Part shown: in pieces, positions 37,665 to 47,684 of the stretch
Numbering within the stretch: the first letter of the stretch is position 1
How the letters are laid out: every line of letters begins with the position of its first letter
Assembly (NCBI GenBank): GCA_963817895.1
Contig: CAWFQB010000005.1
Span: 32,001-96,000, forward strand
Direction: 5' to 3'
Origin: an uncultured Chthonomonadaceae bacterium
GTDB taxonomy: Bacteria; Armatimonadota; Chthonomonadetes; Chthonomonadales; Chthonomonadaceae
DNA: 64,000 nucleotides
Program-made: the position numbers and the translations under genes
The notes under the pieces: model-generated
What the model was told of the DNA's origin: nothing
The model's database searches: none
The model's input: only the letters and a program-made list of their open reading frames with translations

Positions 37665-38411
37665 ATGACTTTGGAACGCCTGCTGGATTTGACAGTCAAC
37701 CCGCCTGAGCCGGACGACCTGTACACGCATTTCGACTTTCCCGAACCGCCTGAAGATCGCCCTTATGTCATTATTAATATGGCTTCCACTGTGGACGGCA
37801 AAATCGTGATTGGCGAACCGGGCGGGCCGGCGAAAGGCGTGGGCGGTCCGACCGACCAGAAGTTGTTCCGGCAGCTGCAAAAAGTGGTGGATGCCGCATT
37901 GATAGGAAGTGGAACGCTGCGGGCGAGTCAGGTGATATATCCGCCGGAAATCGCGCGGTTCGTTGTCTCACAAAGCGGCAACGTGCCGCTGAACAACCGT
38001 TTTTTTACGGATGCGCCGGATCGCGCGACCGTGCTTGTGTCGGAAGATTTGCAGGAGGAGACTCTTGCCCGCCTGCGGAACAATACCCATGTGCTGGCAG
38101 TCGGAAAAGGAACCGTGAATTTCCCCGCTGCCCTGCGTCACATACGGCAACAGGGTACGCGCGTTTTGCTATGCGAGGGCGGGGCCATGCTCAACGACGC
38201 GCTGCTCCGACAGGGTCTGGTGGACGAACTGTTCCTGACCCTTGCGCCCAAACTTAAAGGCGGCGCGAACCTGCCGACGATTGTGTCCGGGCAGGGGTTT
38301 CCTCCCGGCGCGTATCTGCCGCTGCAGCTGCTTTCCCTGTACCGCGATGAGGATGAATTGTATCTCCGCTATCGGATTGAAAGCGAATCAAACGGAAGCA
38401 ACGCGAAATAA
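37665..38411 (+). CDS. RibD C-terminal (DHFR-like) reductase
   Basis: RPYVIINMASTVDGK, LIGSGTLR, LLCEGG, LVDELFLTLAP; GGAGG RBS. Confidence 0.88.
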   Translation: MTLERLLDLTVNPPEPDDLYTHFDFPEPPEDRPYVIINMASTVDGKIVIGEPGGPAKGVGGPTDQKLFRQLQKVVDAALIGSGTLRASQVIYPPEIARFVVSQSGNVPLNNRFFTDAPDRATVLVSEDLQEETLARLRNNTHVLAVGKGTVNFPAALRHIRQQGTRVLLCEGGAMLNDALLRQGLVDELFLTLAPKLKGGANLPTIVSGQGFPPGAYLPLQLLSLYRDEDELYLRYRIESESNGSNAK

Positions 38412-38544
38412 AACGTAAAAACGCGCGTTTTTCGACAGATCAACCCGTCTTAAACTTGCGTTTCCACGCTGAATCTGTTATCATTGCGCCGTACCTGCGT
38501 ACATCCGGTAGTTATTCAATACACGATGGGAGCAGCAGCCCGCT

Positions 38545-40200
38545 ATGAAAGTGGTTACGGCCCAACAAATGCGCGACCTGGACCGGCGCGCGATGCAAGA
38601 ATTCGGAATGCCCGGCGCGGTTCTGATGGAAAACGCGGGGCGCGCGGTTGTGGATGTGATGCTGCGCGAGTTCGGCTCCCTCGAGGGCAAGCGCATCGCC
38701 GTGTTTTGCGGCAGCGGCAACAATGGCGGCGACGGCGCGGTGATTGCCCGCCTGCTATGGCTGCTTGGCGCGTTTCCTCAAGTGGCCCTTGTCGGTTCCT
38801 ACGACAGTCTGAAACCGGAAGCGCGAATCCATTTCGACATTCTGAATTCCCTCGAAATAGATATAAACGGCTTCGGCTATGACAGCCCTCCCCGTCCGCT
38901 CACGGAGGATTTCGGCTGGCGCGTGGACATGGTTGTGGACGCCCTGCTTGGCACGGGCAGTATGGGAGCGCCCCGCGACGGTTACGCGACGGCGATTGCA
39001 AGCGTCAACAAAACCGATTGCCCCGTGATTGCCGTTGACATCCCCTCCGGGGTGGACGCGGACACGGGCGCGGTGCCGGGGCAGGCCATTCGCGCAACGC
39101 ATACCGTGACGTTCGCGTATCCCAAAGTAGGGCTGTTTCTGTTTCCGGGCGCGGCCAATGTGGGCAAACTGCACGTTGCCGACATCGGCTTCGCATGGGA
39201 CAAACTGGACTGTAAAACCCCGTTTCGCGTGTTTACCCTGCCCGGAACATCGCGGGAGGATTTCGGGCATCGTCCGAGCAGTCTGGGCGCAGCCGCGCGA
39301 TTGTTGAAGAAACGCTACGCGGACGCCAATAAGGGAGATTACGGGCATGTCGGCATTGTCGCCGGTTCGCGGGGCATGTGCGGCGCGCCCGCTCTGGTTG
39401 CCCGCGCCGCCCAACATACGGGAGCCGGACTGGTCACAGTGCTGTGTCCCGAAAGCGCGCAGACGGTGATTGCGGGTAAACTCGATGAGCAGATGACGAT
39501 TTCCCTGCCTGAATCGGAGGGGGCCGTCAGCGCAGACGCCTTTGACGCCATTGCCGAATTTGCCGCCAAATCTACGCTGCTGTGCGTCGGGCCGGGATTG
39601 ACGACAAAACCGGGGGCAATGGCGCTTGTTCATCGCCTGATTGCCGAGATTGACAAACCGCTGGTTTTAGACGCGGACGGTTTGAACGCGCTGGCACTTC
39701 AGCCTGATATTATTCAACAGCGGGCGGATAATCCCCGTTCGCCGCTTGTGCTGACGCCGCATCCGGGCGAGGCCGCCCGCCTGCTGAACATCTCTATTGA
39801 AGCGGTGCAGGCTGACCGCATCGGCGCGGTTCGCGAACTCGCGCAACGTTACAAAGCGATTGTTCTGCTCAAAGGCCGCTATACGCTGATTGCCGACCGG
39901 GACGGCGATATTGTTATCAACACGACCGGCAATCCGGGTATGGCGACCGGAGGGGCGGGGGACACGCTGACCGGCATTGTGGGCGGACTGCTGGCGCAAT
40001 TTGTACATTTGCAGGCCAAACAGCATGGCGATGAGCATGACGAATGGGTAGCGGATGTAAAAACTGTCGCGCTTGCCGCCTACGCGCACGGCCTTGCCGC
40101 CGATCTCGCGGCGGAACATAGCAGTGAGGCCGGCCTTGTCGCCGGGGATATAATATCGCATCTGGGACGCGCTTTGCGGCTGTTGGAGGAGAAAAAGTGA
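38545..40200 (+). CDS. nnr: Bifunctional NAD(P)HX epimerase/dehydratase
   Basis: LMENAG, GSGNNGGDG, VDIPSG, NKGDYG, LDADGLN, LTPHPGE, GNPGMATGGAGDTL. Confidence 0.95.
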   Translation: MKVVTAQQMRDLDRRAMQEFGMPGAVLMENAGRAVVDVMLREFGSLEGKRIAVFCGSGNNGGDGAVIARLLWLLGAFPQVALVGSYDSLKPEARIHFDILNSLEIDINGFGYDSPPRPLTEDFGWRVDMVVDALLGTGSMGAPRDGYATAIASVNKTDCPVIAVDIPSGVDADTGAVPGQAIRATHTVTFAYPKVGLFLFPGAANVGKLHVADIGFAWDKLDCKTPFRVFTLPGTSREDFGHRPSSLGAAARLLKKRYADANKGDYGHVGIVAGSRGMCGAPALVARAAQHTGAGLVTVLCPESAQTVIAGKLDEQMTISLPESEGAVSADAFDAIAEFAAKSTLLCVGPGLTTKPGAMALVHRLIAEIDKPLVLDADGLNALALQPDIIQQRADNPRSPLVLTPHPGEAARLLNISIEAVQADRIGAVRELAQRYKAIVLLKGRYTLIADRDGDIVINTTGNPGMATGGAGDTLTGIVGGLLAQFVHLQAKQHGDEHDEWVADVKTVALAAYAHGLAADLAAEHSSEAGLVAGDIISHLGRALRLLEEKK

Positions 40201-41654
40201 AGGTTATGCTGTCAACGTTCCACAACAAAGGTTTGCTTGTTGCCGCATCCGGCATAGCGTTAGCTTGCGGTTCCCTGAGCGTACAGGCGCAGGACAAGGT
40301 CAAGCCGCCCTCTTCCGCAACTGCGCCCTCAACGGCGACAAACCCGGCTTCCTCCGGCAATTCTGCTACGACGCCGGGAACAACCACCCCAACAACAGCC
40401 GCTGCGACCATGCAGTTGCGCCGCGAGATTTCGGGCAATTTCCTGTGCCGCTTTGTCACCAATACGGACGAAACCGCCGCCCTTGTCGCCCTCCCCGCGC
40501 CCATTGGTGGCGACAATGTGGTTGCGATTCCGGTTCCGTCCACCATCAAGGCGAAAGAGGCCCTGCTGGAAGTGGTAGATACCGATCACAGCCGCGTGGC
40601 GCGTATCCCCGTAAACACGACGGGCGTGACCGCGCTCAACGACGGCGCATTCAAGTACGTGCAGACGGTTCTGGTTCCCGCGCAGGTGAAGGGCAAGGGC
40701 GGTCTGACCTCGGCAACCGTCACATTAGCAAGCGCGGACAAATCCTACAGCAAAAGCGTCACTCTGACGCCTGCCGATATGGGTACGGCCAAATTCGCCA
40801 ATGTTCCGCTTGGAAAGCCGATTACGGTAACGGTCACGGAGGGAGCCAATCCCCCTTACAGCGCCACGCAAACCCTCACGGTTCCCACCACGCCCGAAGG
40901 TTATAAATGGCCGATTGAAGTGTCGTGGGCGGACGCGCATACCGTACCGCTTCCCACAACAACCACTGCGCCTGCAACCGGCACAACTCCTTCCGGCATG
41001 TCGCCTGCAGTTCCTCCCGGTTCCGGCGTTCCCGCCACGCCCCTTCCCACCGCCGCGCCCACTGCAACCCCGGAGAATCCTCTCGGCGGCATTGTCAGCA
41101 CGGTTGTCAGCATCCTGTTTTTGGGCGGGGTGGGCTACGGTCTGTTTTGGGCGTACCAGAACGGACACGTCAAGGCCATGCTGGACAAATTGGGCATCCA
41201 AACGCAGCCCGCCACTTCGGTCGGCCCACAAATCAGCCCGTTCGACAAGCCGCAGAAAACGCCCATACAGCCGATTACGGACGGAACATCCGAACCGCTC
41301 GGCGGGGGCAACTACGCGGGCGGCGTGGCAATGGCCGCGCCCCCGACCGTCAGCGCAGGCCCGCGCCTTGTCGCCACGATGGGAACGTATGCGGGCAATA
41401 TCTTCCCGCTTTCCGGCGGCAGTCTGGATATCGGGCGCGACGCGGTGAACGCCGTTGCCCTGCCCAACGACACCAACGCTTCGCGCCGCCATGCCATTCT
41501 GCAAGTAACGGGCGGGCAAACAACCGTCACGGATAACGGCTCGTCCAACGGCACTTTTGTCAACGGCGTCCGCATCCCCGCGCAGTCCCCCCACCCGCTC
41601 AATACCGGCGACGAAGTTCAAATCGGCATGACGCGGTTTAGATATGAAGGATAG
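40197..41654 (+). CDS. Single-pass membrane protein with exported N-terminus and cytoplasmic FHA domain
   Basis: Signal peptide, TM segment VSILFLGGVGYGLFW, FHA motifs IGR...SRRHA...SSNGTFVNG. Confidence 0.88.
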   Translation: MKVMLSTFHNKGLLVAASGIALACGSLSVQAQDKVKPPSSATAPSTATNPASSGNSATTPGTTTPTTAAATMQLRREISGNFLCRFVTNTDETAALVALPAPIGGDNVVAIPVPSTIKAKEALLEVVDTDHSRVARIPVNTTGVTALNDGAFKYVQTVLVPAQVKGKGGLTSATVTLASADKSYSKSVTLTPADMGTAKFANVPLGKPITVTVTEGANPPYSATQTLTVPTTPEGYKWPIEVSWADAHTVPLPTTTTAPATGTTPSGMSPAVPPGSGVPATPLPTAAPTATPENPLGGIVSTVVSILFLGGVGYGLFWAYQNGHVKAMLDKLGIQTQPATSVGPQISPFDKPQKTPIQPITDGTSEPLGGGNYAGGVAMAAPPTVSAGPRLVATMGTYAGNIFPLSGGSLDIGRDAVNAVALPNDTNASRRHAILQVTGGQTTVTDNGSSNGTFVNGVRIPAQSPHPLNTGDEVQIGMTRFRYEG

Positions 41655-41759
41655 GTGTTCGGGTGTTCAGGAGTTGTGTTAATAGTCTTGATGCGCAAAA
41701 GTAAACGTGTTACTGCTGCATTGTCTTGAATACCCGAACGCCTGAACACCTGAACACCC
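41654..41759. repeat. Inverted GAACACC-type arrays
   Basis: ggtgttcgggtgttcagg ... ccgaacgcctgaacacctgaacacc; same family at ~6551-6575. Confidence 0.7.
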
Positions 41760-41778
41760 TCCTCAGAAGGAGATTTCT

Positions 41779-43356
41779 GTGAGATCGCGCATACTCATCG
41801 GCCTGATTATGGGAACCATTGGCGGGTTCCTCGGATGGCTGTTACAGGAAAATCTAATACATGGTGCGGGCGGCTACCGCGTGGAGCAGGACTTGCTCAA
41901 CGGGAGCGTCCACGCCATTGAGTTTACGAGTCTGCATATCTGGCTTTTCTGCTGGTGCGTGGGCGGGCTGATCGGCATGTTTCTCGGCGCGGTCGAGGGC
42001 ATTGTGGAGGGCAACGCCCGCAAAATCATGCAGGGCATGATTATCGGCTTTTTCACAGGCGGCATCTTGGGCTTTGTCGGCTACAACTTCGGCGGGCTGC
42101 TGTTCAAGATGTTGGGCGGGTCGAATTACGTCGGGCGCGACGAGGGTATGGGCGCATTCGCCAAACAGGTGATCGCGCGCTCGTTCGGCTGGTGTCTGCT
42201 TGGATTGGGTATGGGCGTAGGCGCGGCCCTGCCAACCCGTTCCGCTGCCCGTATTCGCAATGGCGCAATCGGCGGATTTTTGGGCGGATTTTTGGGCGGT
42301 TTCGTGTTTGAAATGGTCGGCCCCCTGTCCAATCAGATTCAGGCGGGCGTGGGCGGGGCCGGGGCGCGGGAAGTGGGCGGGCCGGGGCGGGCTATCGGCA
42401 TTACGGCTATCGGTGGCCTGACCGGGTTCTTTATCGGGCTGGTCGAGGAGTGGCTGAAGCAGGCGTGGGTGAAAGTGCTGGCCGGACGCAATGAGGGCAA
42501 AGATTTTATTCTGTCCAAGCCGGTCAACATTCTGGGCCGGGACGAGCGTAGCGACGTGCCACTGTTCGGCGATAATACCGTTGGTATTCAACACGCGGCC
42601 ATTCGCACGGACGGCTACCGGCATCATCTTATGGACGCGGGCAGTCCGATGGGAACGCTCGTCAACGGGCAGCCCGTCGGTCAGGGCGGAGAACTGCTGC
42701 TGCGCGACGGCGACATGATTCAAATCGGCAACCATCGTATTCTGTTTCGGGAAAAGGCCACGCAAAACCGCGTCGCGCCCTCGCCGGTAGATGCGCCCCG
42801 CGCCCGCCCCGCCGGTCCGAGCGGTACGCCCATGCCTGCCCATTTATGCCCATTCTGCGGCGGCGCGAAAGACGCGGCAGGCAACTGTCTGTGTACTCCG
42901 GCAGGCGGCAATAATGGTCAGTGGTCAGGGGCCAGTGGTCAGAACCCCCAATACTCGACCCCCAATGCCCAATATCCTCCTATGGGCGGCTTCGAGAACA
43001 TGAACGGCCAACCGGTAGACTATATGGGAGCCGCAGTCTACCAGCCACCAGTCGCCAGTCACCAACTGCCAGCCGGTCGTCTAATCGGCATGGAGGGCGC
43101 GACGGCGGGGCAGGTATTTGCCATTGCAAGCCCGAATATGACGTTAGGGCGCGAAGTAGGGCGCGATATTGTGGTGCAGGGCGATACAACCGTGTCCCGT
43201 ACCCATGCGCGACTGGGCAACGAAAACGGCGTGTTCATGGTGTATGACAACAACTCCGCGAATGGCACATTCGTCAACGGCGTCCGTGTCCAGATGCAGG
43301 CGCTCGCGCCGGGAGATGTCGTTCAATTCGGCAACAGCAAATTCCGTTTCGAGTAG
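41779..43356 (+). CDS. Gly-rich polytopic membrane protein with two FHA domains and a Cys cluster
   Basis: TM GxxxG repeats; LGR...HA...GTLVNG; CPFC...CLC; LGR...SRTHA...SANGTFVNG. Confidence 0.88.
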   Translation: MRSRILIGLIMGTIGGFLGWLLQENLIHGAGGYRVEQDLLNGSVHAIEFTSLHIWLFCWCVGGLIGMFLGAVEGIVEGNARKIMQGMIIGFFTGGILGFVGYNFGGLLFKMLGGSNYVGRDEGMGAFAKQVIARSFGWCLLGLGMGVGAALPTRSAARIRNGAIGGFLGGFLGGFVFEMVGPLSNQIQAGVGGAGAREVGGPGRAIGITAIGGLTGFFIGLVEEWLKQAWVKVLAGRNEGKDFILSKPVNILGRDERSDVPLFGDNTVGIQHAAIRTDGYRHHLMDAGSPMGTLVNGQPVGQGGELLLRDGDMIQIGNHRILFREKATQNRVAPSPVDAPRARPAGPSGTPMPAHLCPFCGGAKDAAGNCLCTPAGGNNGQWSGASGQNPQYSTPNAQYPPMGGFENMNGQPVDYMGAAVYQPPVASHQLPAGRLIGMEGATAGQVFAIASPNMTLGREVGRDIVVQGDTTVSRTHARLGNENGVFMVYDNNSANGTFVNGVRVQMQALAPGDVVQFGNSKFRFE

Positions 43357-43365
43357 GAGGCAAGA

Positions 43366-43942
43366 GTGGAGCCGGAGCAGGAACCGTATAGAGAATTGGT
43401 TACAGCCCCGCAAACTGTTGTTGGGTATCATGGCTGTTCGCTAGAAGTAGCGCGACAAATATTAGAACAGCAAAGATTTATACCTTCAACAAAAGCCTAT
43501 GACTGGCTGGGCGAAGGCATCTACTTTTGGGAGTACGCGCCCTATCGCGCCTTACAGTGGGCGCAGGAAAGAAGTACGGTTTCAGATACTTCTGTGGCTG
43601 TAATAGGCGCAACTATTCAGCTTGGTCGTTGTTTGAACTTGCTGGAACGTTGAGTACATGACCTCTTTAGCAGCAGTATATGCGGCCTTCGCCGCATTGG
43701 GAGTAGCAACTCTGCCCCGAAATACCAATCGTGGAGCGCATTATCTGGACCGGTATATCATTGACGCGCATTGTCGAGAAATCGAAGAGGCAGGATTAGC
43801 GCCTGTGCAGACTGTGCGGGGCAGTTTCGCGGAAGGAAGCCCGGTATATGCCGGGTCCAAAATCCTTGACAAGTCACATGTGCAAATAGCGGTTCGAGAT
43901 GCGACGTGTCTCTCCGATTTACATATGGCAAGATGGTCGTAG
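43366..43942 (+). pseudogene. Putative ADP-ribosyltransferase-fold toxin-like protein (frameshift ~43650)
   Basis: GYHGC...DWLGEGIYFWE...RALQWA, then TVRGSFAEG...HVQIAVR in the next frame; low GC. Confidence 0.6.
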
Positions 43943-43989
43943 AGAATCAGGCGAGACAGTCAAATTAACGATAGCTAACGGAGAATATT

Positions 43990-44223
43990 ATGAGCCAAAA
44001 AACATGGAATCCGAACAGCCCGGAAGTGAAAGCCGCAATGGTGGAAAAAATACGGCAGATGACGCCGGAAGAAGCGCTGAACTTTTTAGAAGCTGGAGCA
44101 GAAGGGCTGGAGCAAACGGATATGACAGGCAAGTTCCCTGTCGGGCCAAATCGCCCGACCTTGTATAAAGAACATAAGCAGGAACTACAGCCACAACTGG
44201 TTAAAACAGAAGCCGCCGCTTGA
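43990..44223 (+). CDS. Small hypothetical protein, possible antitoxin
   Basis: GGAG RBS; KIRQMTPEEALNFL. Confidence 0.55.
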   Translation: MSQKTWNPNSPEVKAAMVEKIRQMTPEEALNFLEAGAEGLEQTDMTGKFPVGPNRPTLYKEHKQELQPQLVKTEAAA

Positions 44224-44232
44224 TATGGTGTT

Positions 44233-44406
44233 ATGCGTGATCTTACCAATGCGCAGAAAACAGTCGTTGCAGGCGAGGTAAGTAGCCACGCCTGCGCGGA
44301 TGCGCATGAATTTGTATCGGAAGTGTTTGCCAGATTAATGGCGGGGCGAACGTTCAGCAAGGATGTGATACGTTGGTATCGTTCGCGGGAGGGAGTAAAA
44401 CCGTGA
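44233..44406 (+). pseudogene. C-terminal remnant resembling a zincin-like toxin domain
   Basis: EVSSHA...EFVSEVFARL; GTGA overlap with next gene. Confidence 0.35.
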
Positions 44407-44675
44407 TTATTATGACGCAATGCGCTTTTTGCAAGCACTACCGAAGCAATCGGGGGCCAACGGTTCTCTGCGATGCGTTTCCTGAAGGTGTTCCTTTTGC
44501 CATCCTGAATAACGAGGTTGATCATCGCCTTCCTTATAAGGGTGATCATAACGTTCGTTGGGAACAATCCGAAGATACACTGGAGAGCCTCGGCGCGATT
44601 GATTTGTTTAGCGAAACGGGACGACCGGAACCCGCGCTGGCGAAAGCGTCCTGGACAGCAATTTGTTGGCCTGAA
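44403..44675 (+). CDS. Small Cys-rich phage-type protein (end approximate; natural stop appears lost)
   Basis: QCAFCKH...CDAFPEGVP.AIL...DHRLPYKGD; GGGAG RBS; frame reads on into the vWA gene. Confidence 0.5.
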
Positions 44676-44694
44676 AATATGAGGAGAAAACAGC

Positions 44695-46113
44695 ATGTCA
44701 GACGACCGCACCCGTATCATCGGGCAGACGGGGATGCCCCTTCCGGGCGGAACCGGGCAAACGCAAATGGGCGCGAACCGTACTCAGATGATGGGAACGC
44801 CGCCGACCGGACGAACCCAAATGGGCGGGCCGGGGACGCCAGGGTTCGATCCGATGCGGACGCAGATGAACATGCCGTCCATGCAGACCGTCGAGTTGGA
44901 GTGCCTTGCCGGGAACCGCTACGCTTACGCGCCCGAAGTAACGCGGGACAACGCTCTTGTCGTCCTGAAAGTCAGCGGGCAGCAGTTGGGACGGCGCGCC
45001 CCCATCAACGTGTGCCTGTGCATTGACCGTTCGGGCAGCATGGAAGGACCGCCCCTCGAATACGTCAAACGCGCCTGCGATTACGTGGTGGACATGCTGG
45101 AGCCGAACGATATACTCAGTATCGTCACGTTCGAGGAGCAGGTAGACGTTCTCATGCCCGCCCGCCGCGTGGTCAACAAGGCGCTGGTCAAGGAGCACAT
45201 TCACCGGCTGGAAGTGGGCAATACGACAAACCTGTACGACGGTTTGATGGCGGGCTGTATGCAGATTGCCAGCGTACAGGCGCAGACGCCCGGTTATGTC
45301 AGCCGCGTTCTGCTGCTCACGGACGGCGAACCAACGGTCGGGCTGAAAGATTATACATCCATTGTGCAGCAAGTCGCGGAGCAGAAGCAAAAGGGAATTT
45401 CCATCACCGCGCTCGGCTTCGGGCAGGAGTACAACGAAGAACTGATGGCCGGTATCGCGCGGCGCAGCGGCGGCAACTACTACTACATTCAGCGTCCCGA
45501 CCTGCTGCCGGAAGTGTTTCGGCGCGAACTGGAAACCCTGATGACCATTGTGGCGAAAAACGTCCGCGTCCGGTTTCAGTTGTCGAAATGGGTGGGCTTG
45601 CGGCAGGTATATGGAGCGCAACCCTCGTTTGGGCCGCGCATGGTGGAAGTGGCGGTTCCCGATCTGGAGCGCGGCACAAGCCGAACCGTTCTGGCGGAAC
45701 TGGAATTCGAGCGGCATCCGCAGGGGACGTTCCGGGTCGCCAAAGTGGAAGCGTACTATGACGACGTAATCAACAACCGCTCGGAACGGATTGCCGCCGA
45801 TTGCGTGTTTGAATTCATACAGGATCGAGGCGCGGTTGCAAATGGCGTAAACCCGATTGTGCGCAGCGAACTGGAACTGGCGCAGGCGTCCTCGAACTTG
45901 CAGCGCACCATGATGGGGATGCGAACGCAGCAGATTACCTCGATGGGAGCCATGACAGAACTGCAAAAAACGCGCACGATTATGATGCAGGCCGGACAAA
46001 CGCAGCAGGTACAACAACTCGATCAGGCCATGCAATCGTTGCGGCAGGGCGGCGGCGATGTGGAAAAAACGCTTATGGGCACGATCATGGAAATAGATCA
46101 GGGCAAGCGTTGA
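44695..46113 (+). CDS. vWA domain protein (YfbK-like) with N-terminal TQM repeats
   Basis: MIDAS DRSGSM, GNTTNL, LLLTDGEP, ITALGFG, GGNYYYI; GAGGAG RBS. Confidence 0.92.
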   Translation: MSDDRTRIIGQTGMPLPGGTGQTQMGANRTQMMGTPPTGRTQMGGPGTPGFDPMRTQMNMPSMQTVELECLAGNRYAYAPEVTRDNALVVLKVSGQQLGRRAPINVCLCIDRSGSMEGPPLEYVKRACDYVVDMLEPNDILSIVTFEEQVDVLMPARRVVNKALVKEHIHRLEVGNTTNLYDGLMAGCMQIASVQAQTPGYVSRVLLLTDGEPTVGLKDYTSIVQQVAEQKQKGISITALGFGQEYNEELMAGIARRSGGNYYYIQRPDLLPEVFRRELETLMTIVAKNVRVRFQLSKWVGLRQVYGAQPSFGPRMVEVAVPDLERGTSRTVLAELEFERHPQGTFRVAKVEAYYDDVINNRSERIAADCVFEFIQDRGAVANGVNPIVRSELELAQASSNLQRTMMGMRTQQITSMGAMTELQKTRTIMMQAGQTQQVQQLDQAMQSLRQGGGDVEKTLMGTIMEIDQGKR

Positions 46114-46135
46114 GTAGGAGCAGGATTTCGGCGTA

Positions 46136-46378
46136 ATGAACGTTACTATTGAACTGCCTTCCGAACTGGAAACGCGCCTGCAAGACGCGGCGGACAGGCA
46201 CGGCCTGAATACAAGCGATCTTGCGCCACAGGCCGCGCTGGAATTGCTGATACATGCCGTCAACTGGTGGCCGGAAAATCTGCCGAATGTGGAAGCCCTG
46301 CTGGACGAGGTGGCGTTGAACCTCCGGGCGCAGAGTGAATCAGTGGATAACAAAGAACAAGGAGCGCGCGATGAGTGA
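46136..46378 (+). CDS. Small RHH/antitoxin-like protein
   Basis: MNVTIELPSELETRLQDAADRHG. Confidence 0.6.
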   Translation: MNVTIELPSELETRLQDAADRHGLNTSDLAPQAALELLIHAVNWWPENLPNVEALLDEVALNLRAQSESVDNKEQGARDE

Positions 46379-47684
46379 TGATGCAACCCGTATGATGCCG
46401 CCCGTAAGCCCCACAAGCGCGGGCGGGCAGACTGGAACCTTTGACCGCGCGATGGTTGCCGGAAACGCAACGCAAATGCCGGGAATGGGAGCCACGCAAC
46501 AGATGCCTGCGGGCGCGTCCGACCCGTTCCGAACGCAGATGGGCGGAACCACGACGTGCGCCGTGTGCAAATCCACCACGCCCTTGACCGAAGCGTACTG
46601 CGGAGAGTGCGGCTTTCTGCTCACGTCCGCTGTCGTTGCGGAAAACCTCGAAATTCCACAGGAGGAACCGGCGGCAGCCGAACTCGTGGCCGAGGCGGAC
46701 GGACAGCGGTACAAATTGCGGGCGGGCGTCAACACGCTGGGGCGGCAGGGAACCGATGTGCTGCTCAATGAGGGGACGATTTCGCGCGTTCACGCCCGCA
46801 TTACGGTTGAGGGCAACACGATTACGGTAGAGGATATGGGCAGCTCGAACGGCACGAAAGTGGGCGACCTGCGCATCGGAGCCAATCAGCCCACGCAGGC
46901 CACGCCCGGACAAACCCTGCGCTTCGGCAACTGGCGCGCGGTCCTACAGCTTGGCGGTATGCCCGTGCCTGCTTCTTCAGGAAGCGCGGCGGCAACGCTG
47001 ATGGGCGGCAACAAAACCGTTGCCATGCCTGCCCCCGGTGATAACCGTACCCTTGTCGACGTTCCCAATGCGGGTGTCCCGGCTTCGGGCGAGAATCCGA
47101 CGCAGGTTTATCAGCCGGGAGATTTGAACCCCGCCGATGCGCCGCTTGCCGATATGCGCAACGCGACCATTGTGGAGCCTGCGGTTGCGGACGGCAACAT
47201 TGTCGCGCATCTGACGCCCACGAGCGGGCCGGGAACCGCCATCACCGTAACGGAGGGTTCCCTGTCCATTGGCCGCCGCCCCGCCAACAGCATTGTCATC
47301 AGCAACGACGCCTACATTTCGGGACGCCACGCTTCGCTTGAAACCGACAACACCGGCACGTACCTGACGGATGTTGGCAGCACGAACGGAACCTCGGTCA
47401 ACGGTCAGAAACTGACGGCGGGCGAACGGCAACTGCTGCTAGAGGGCGATGAGGTTCAGCTGGGGCAGACAAAATACGTCTTCGCGCTGAATTACGAGGA
47501 TGCGCCCGCTGTGCCGATTGCCCCTCTCGCCGCTGAAGAACCGCATACGGGCCAGTGGAGCAACCCGGATGGTTCGCCGCCCGGTCAGGAATTTGGAGCG
47601 ATCAACGATCCCGTCTATCCGCCGACTGCGCCGCGTATTCAGGAAGTTTATCATGCGGTAGACAACGAGGTTCCTAATGAGTGA
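46371..47684 (+). CDS. Zinc-ribbon plus double-FHA protein with Thr-motif repeats
   Basis: CAVC...CGECG; two FHA domains (ISRVHA/SSNGT and ISGRHA/STNGT); AAGGAG RBS. Confidence 0.9.
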   Translation: MSDDATRMMPPVSPTSAGGQTGTFDRAMVAGNATQMPGMGATQQMPAGASDPFRTQMGGTTTCAVCKSTTPLTEAYCGECGFLLTSAVVAENLEIPQEEPAAAELVAEADGQRYKLRAGVNTLGRQGTDVLLNEGTISRVHARITVEGNTITVEDMGSSNGTKVGDLRIGANQPTQATPGQTLRFGNWRAVLQLGGMPVPASSGSAAATLMGGNKTVAMPAPGDNRTLVDVPNAGVPASGENPTQVYQPGDLNPADAPLADMRNATIVEPAVADGNIVAHLTPTSGPGTAITVTEGSLSIGRRPANSIVISNDAYISGRHASLETDNTGTYLTDVGSTNGTSVNGQKLTAGERQLLLEGDEVQLGQTKYVFALNYEDAPAVPIAPLAAEEPHTGQWSNPDGSPPGQEFGAINDPVYPPTAPRIQEVYHAVDNEVPNE

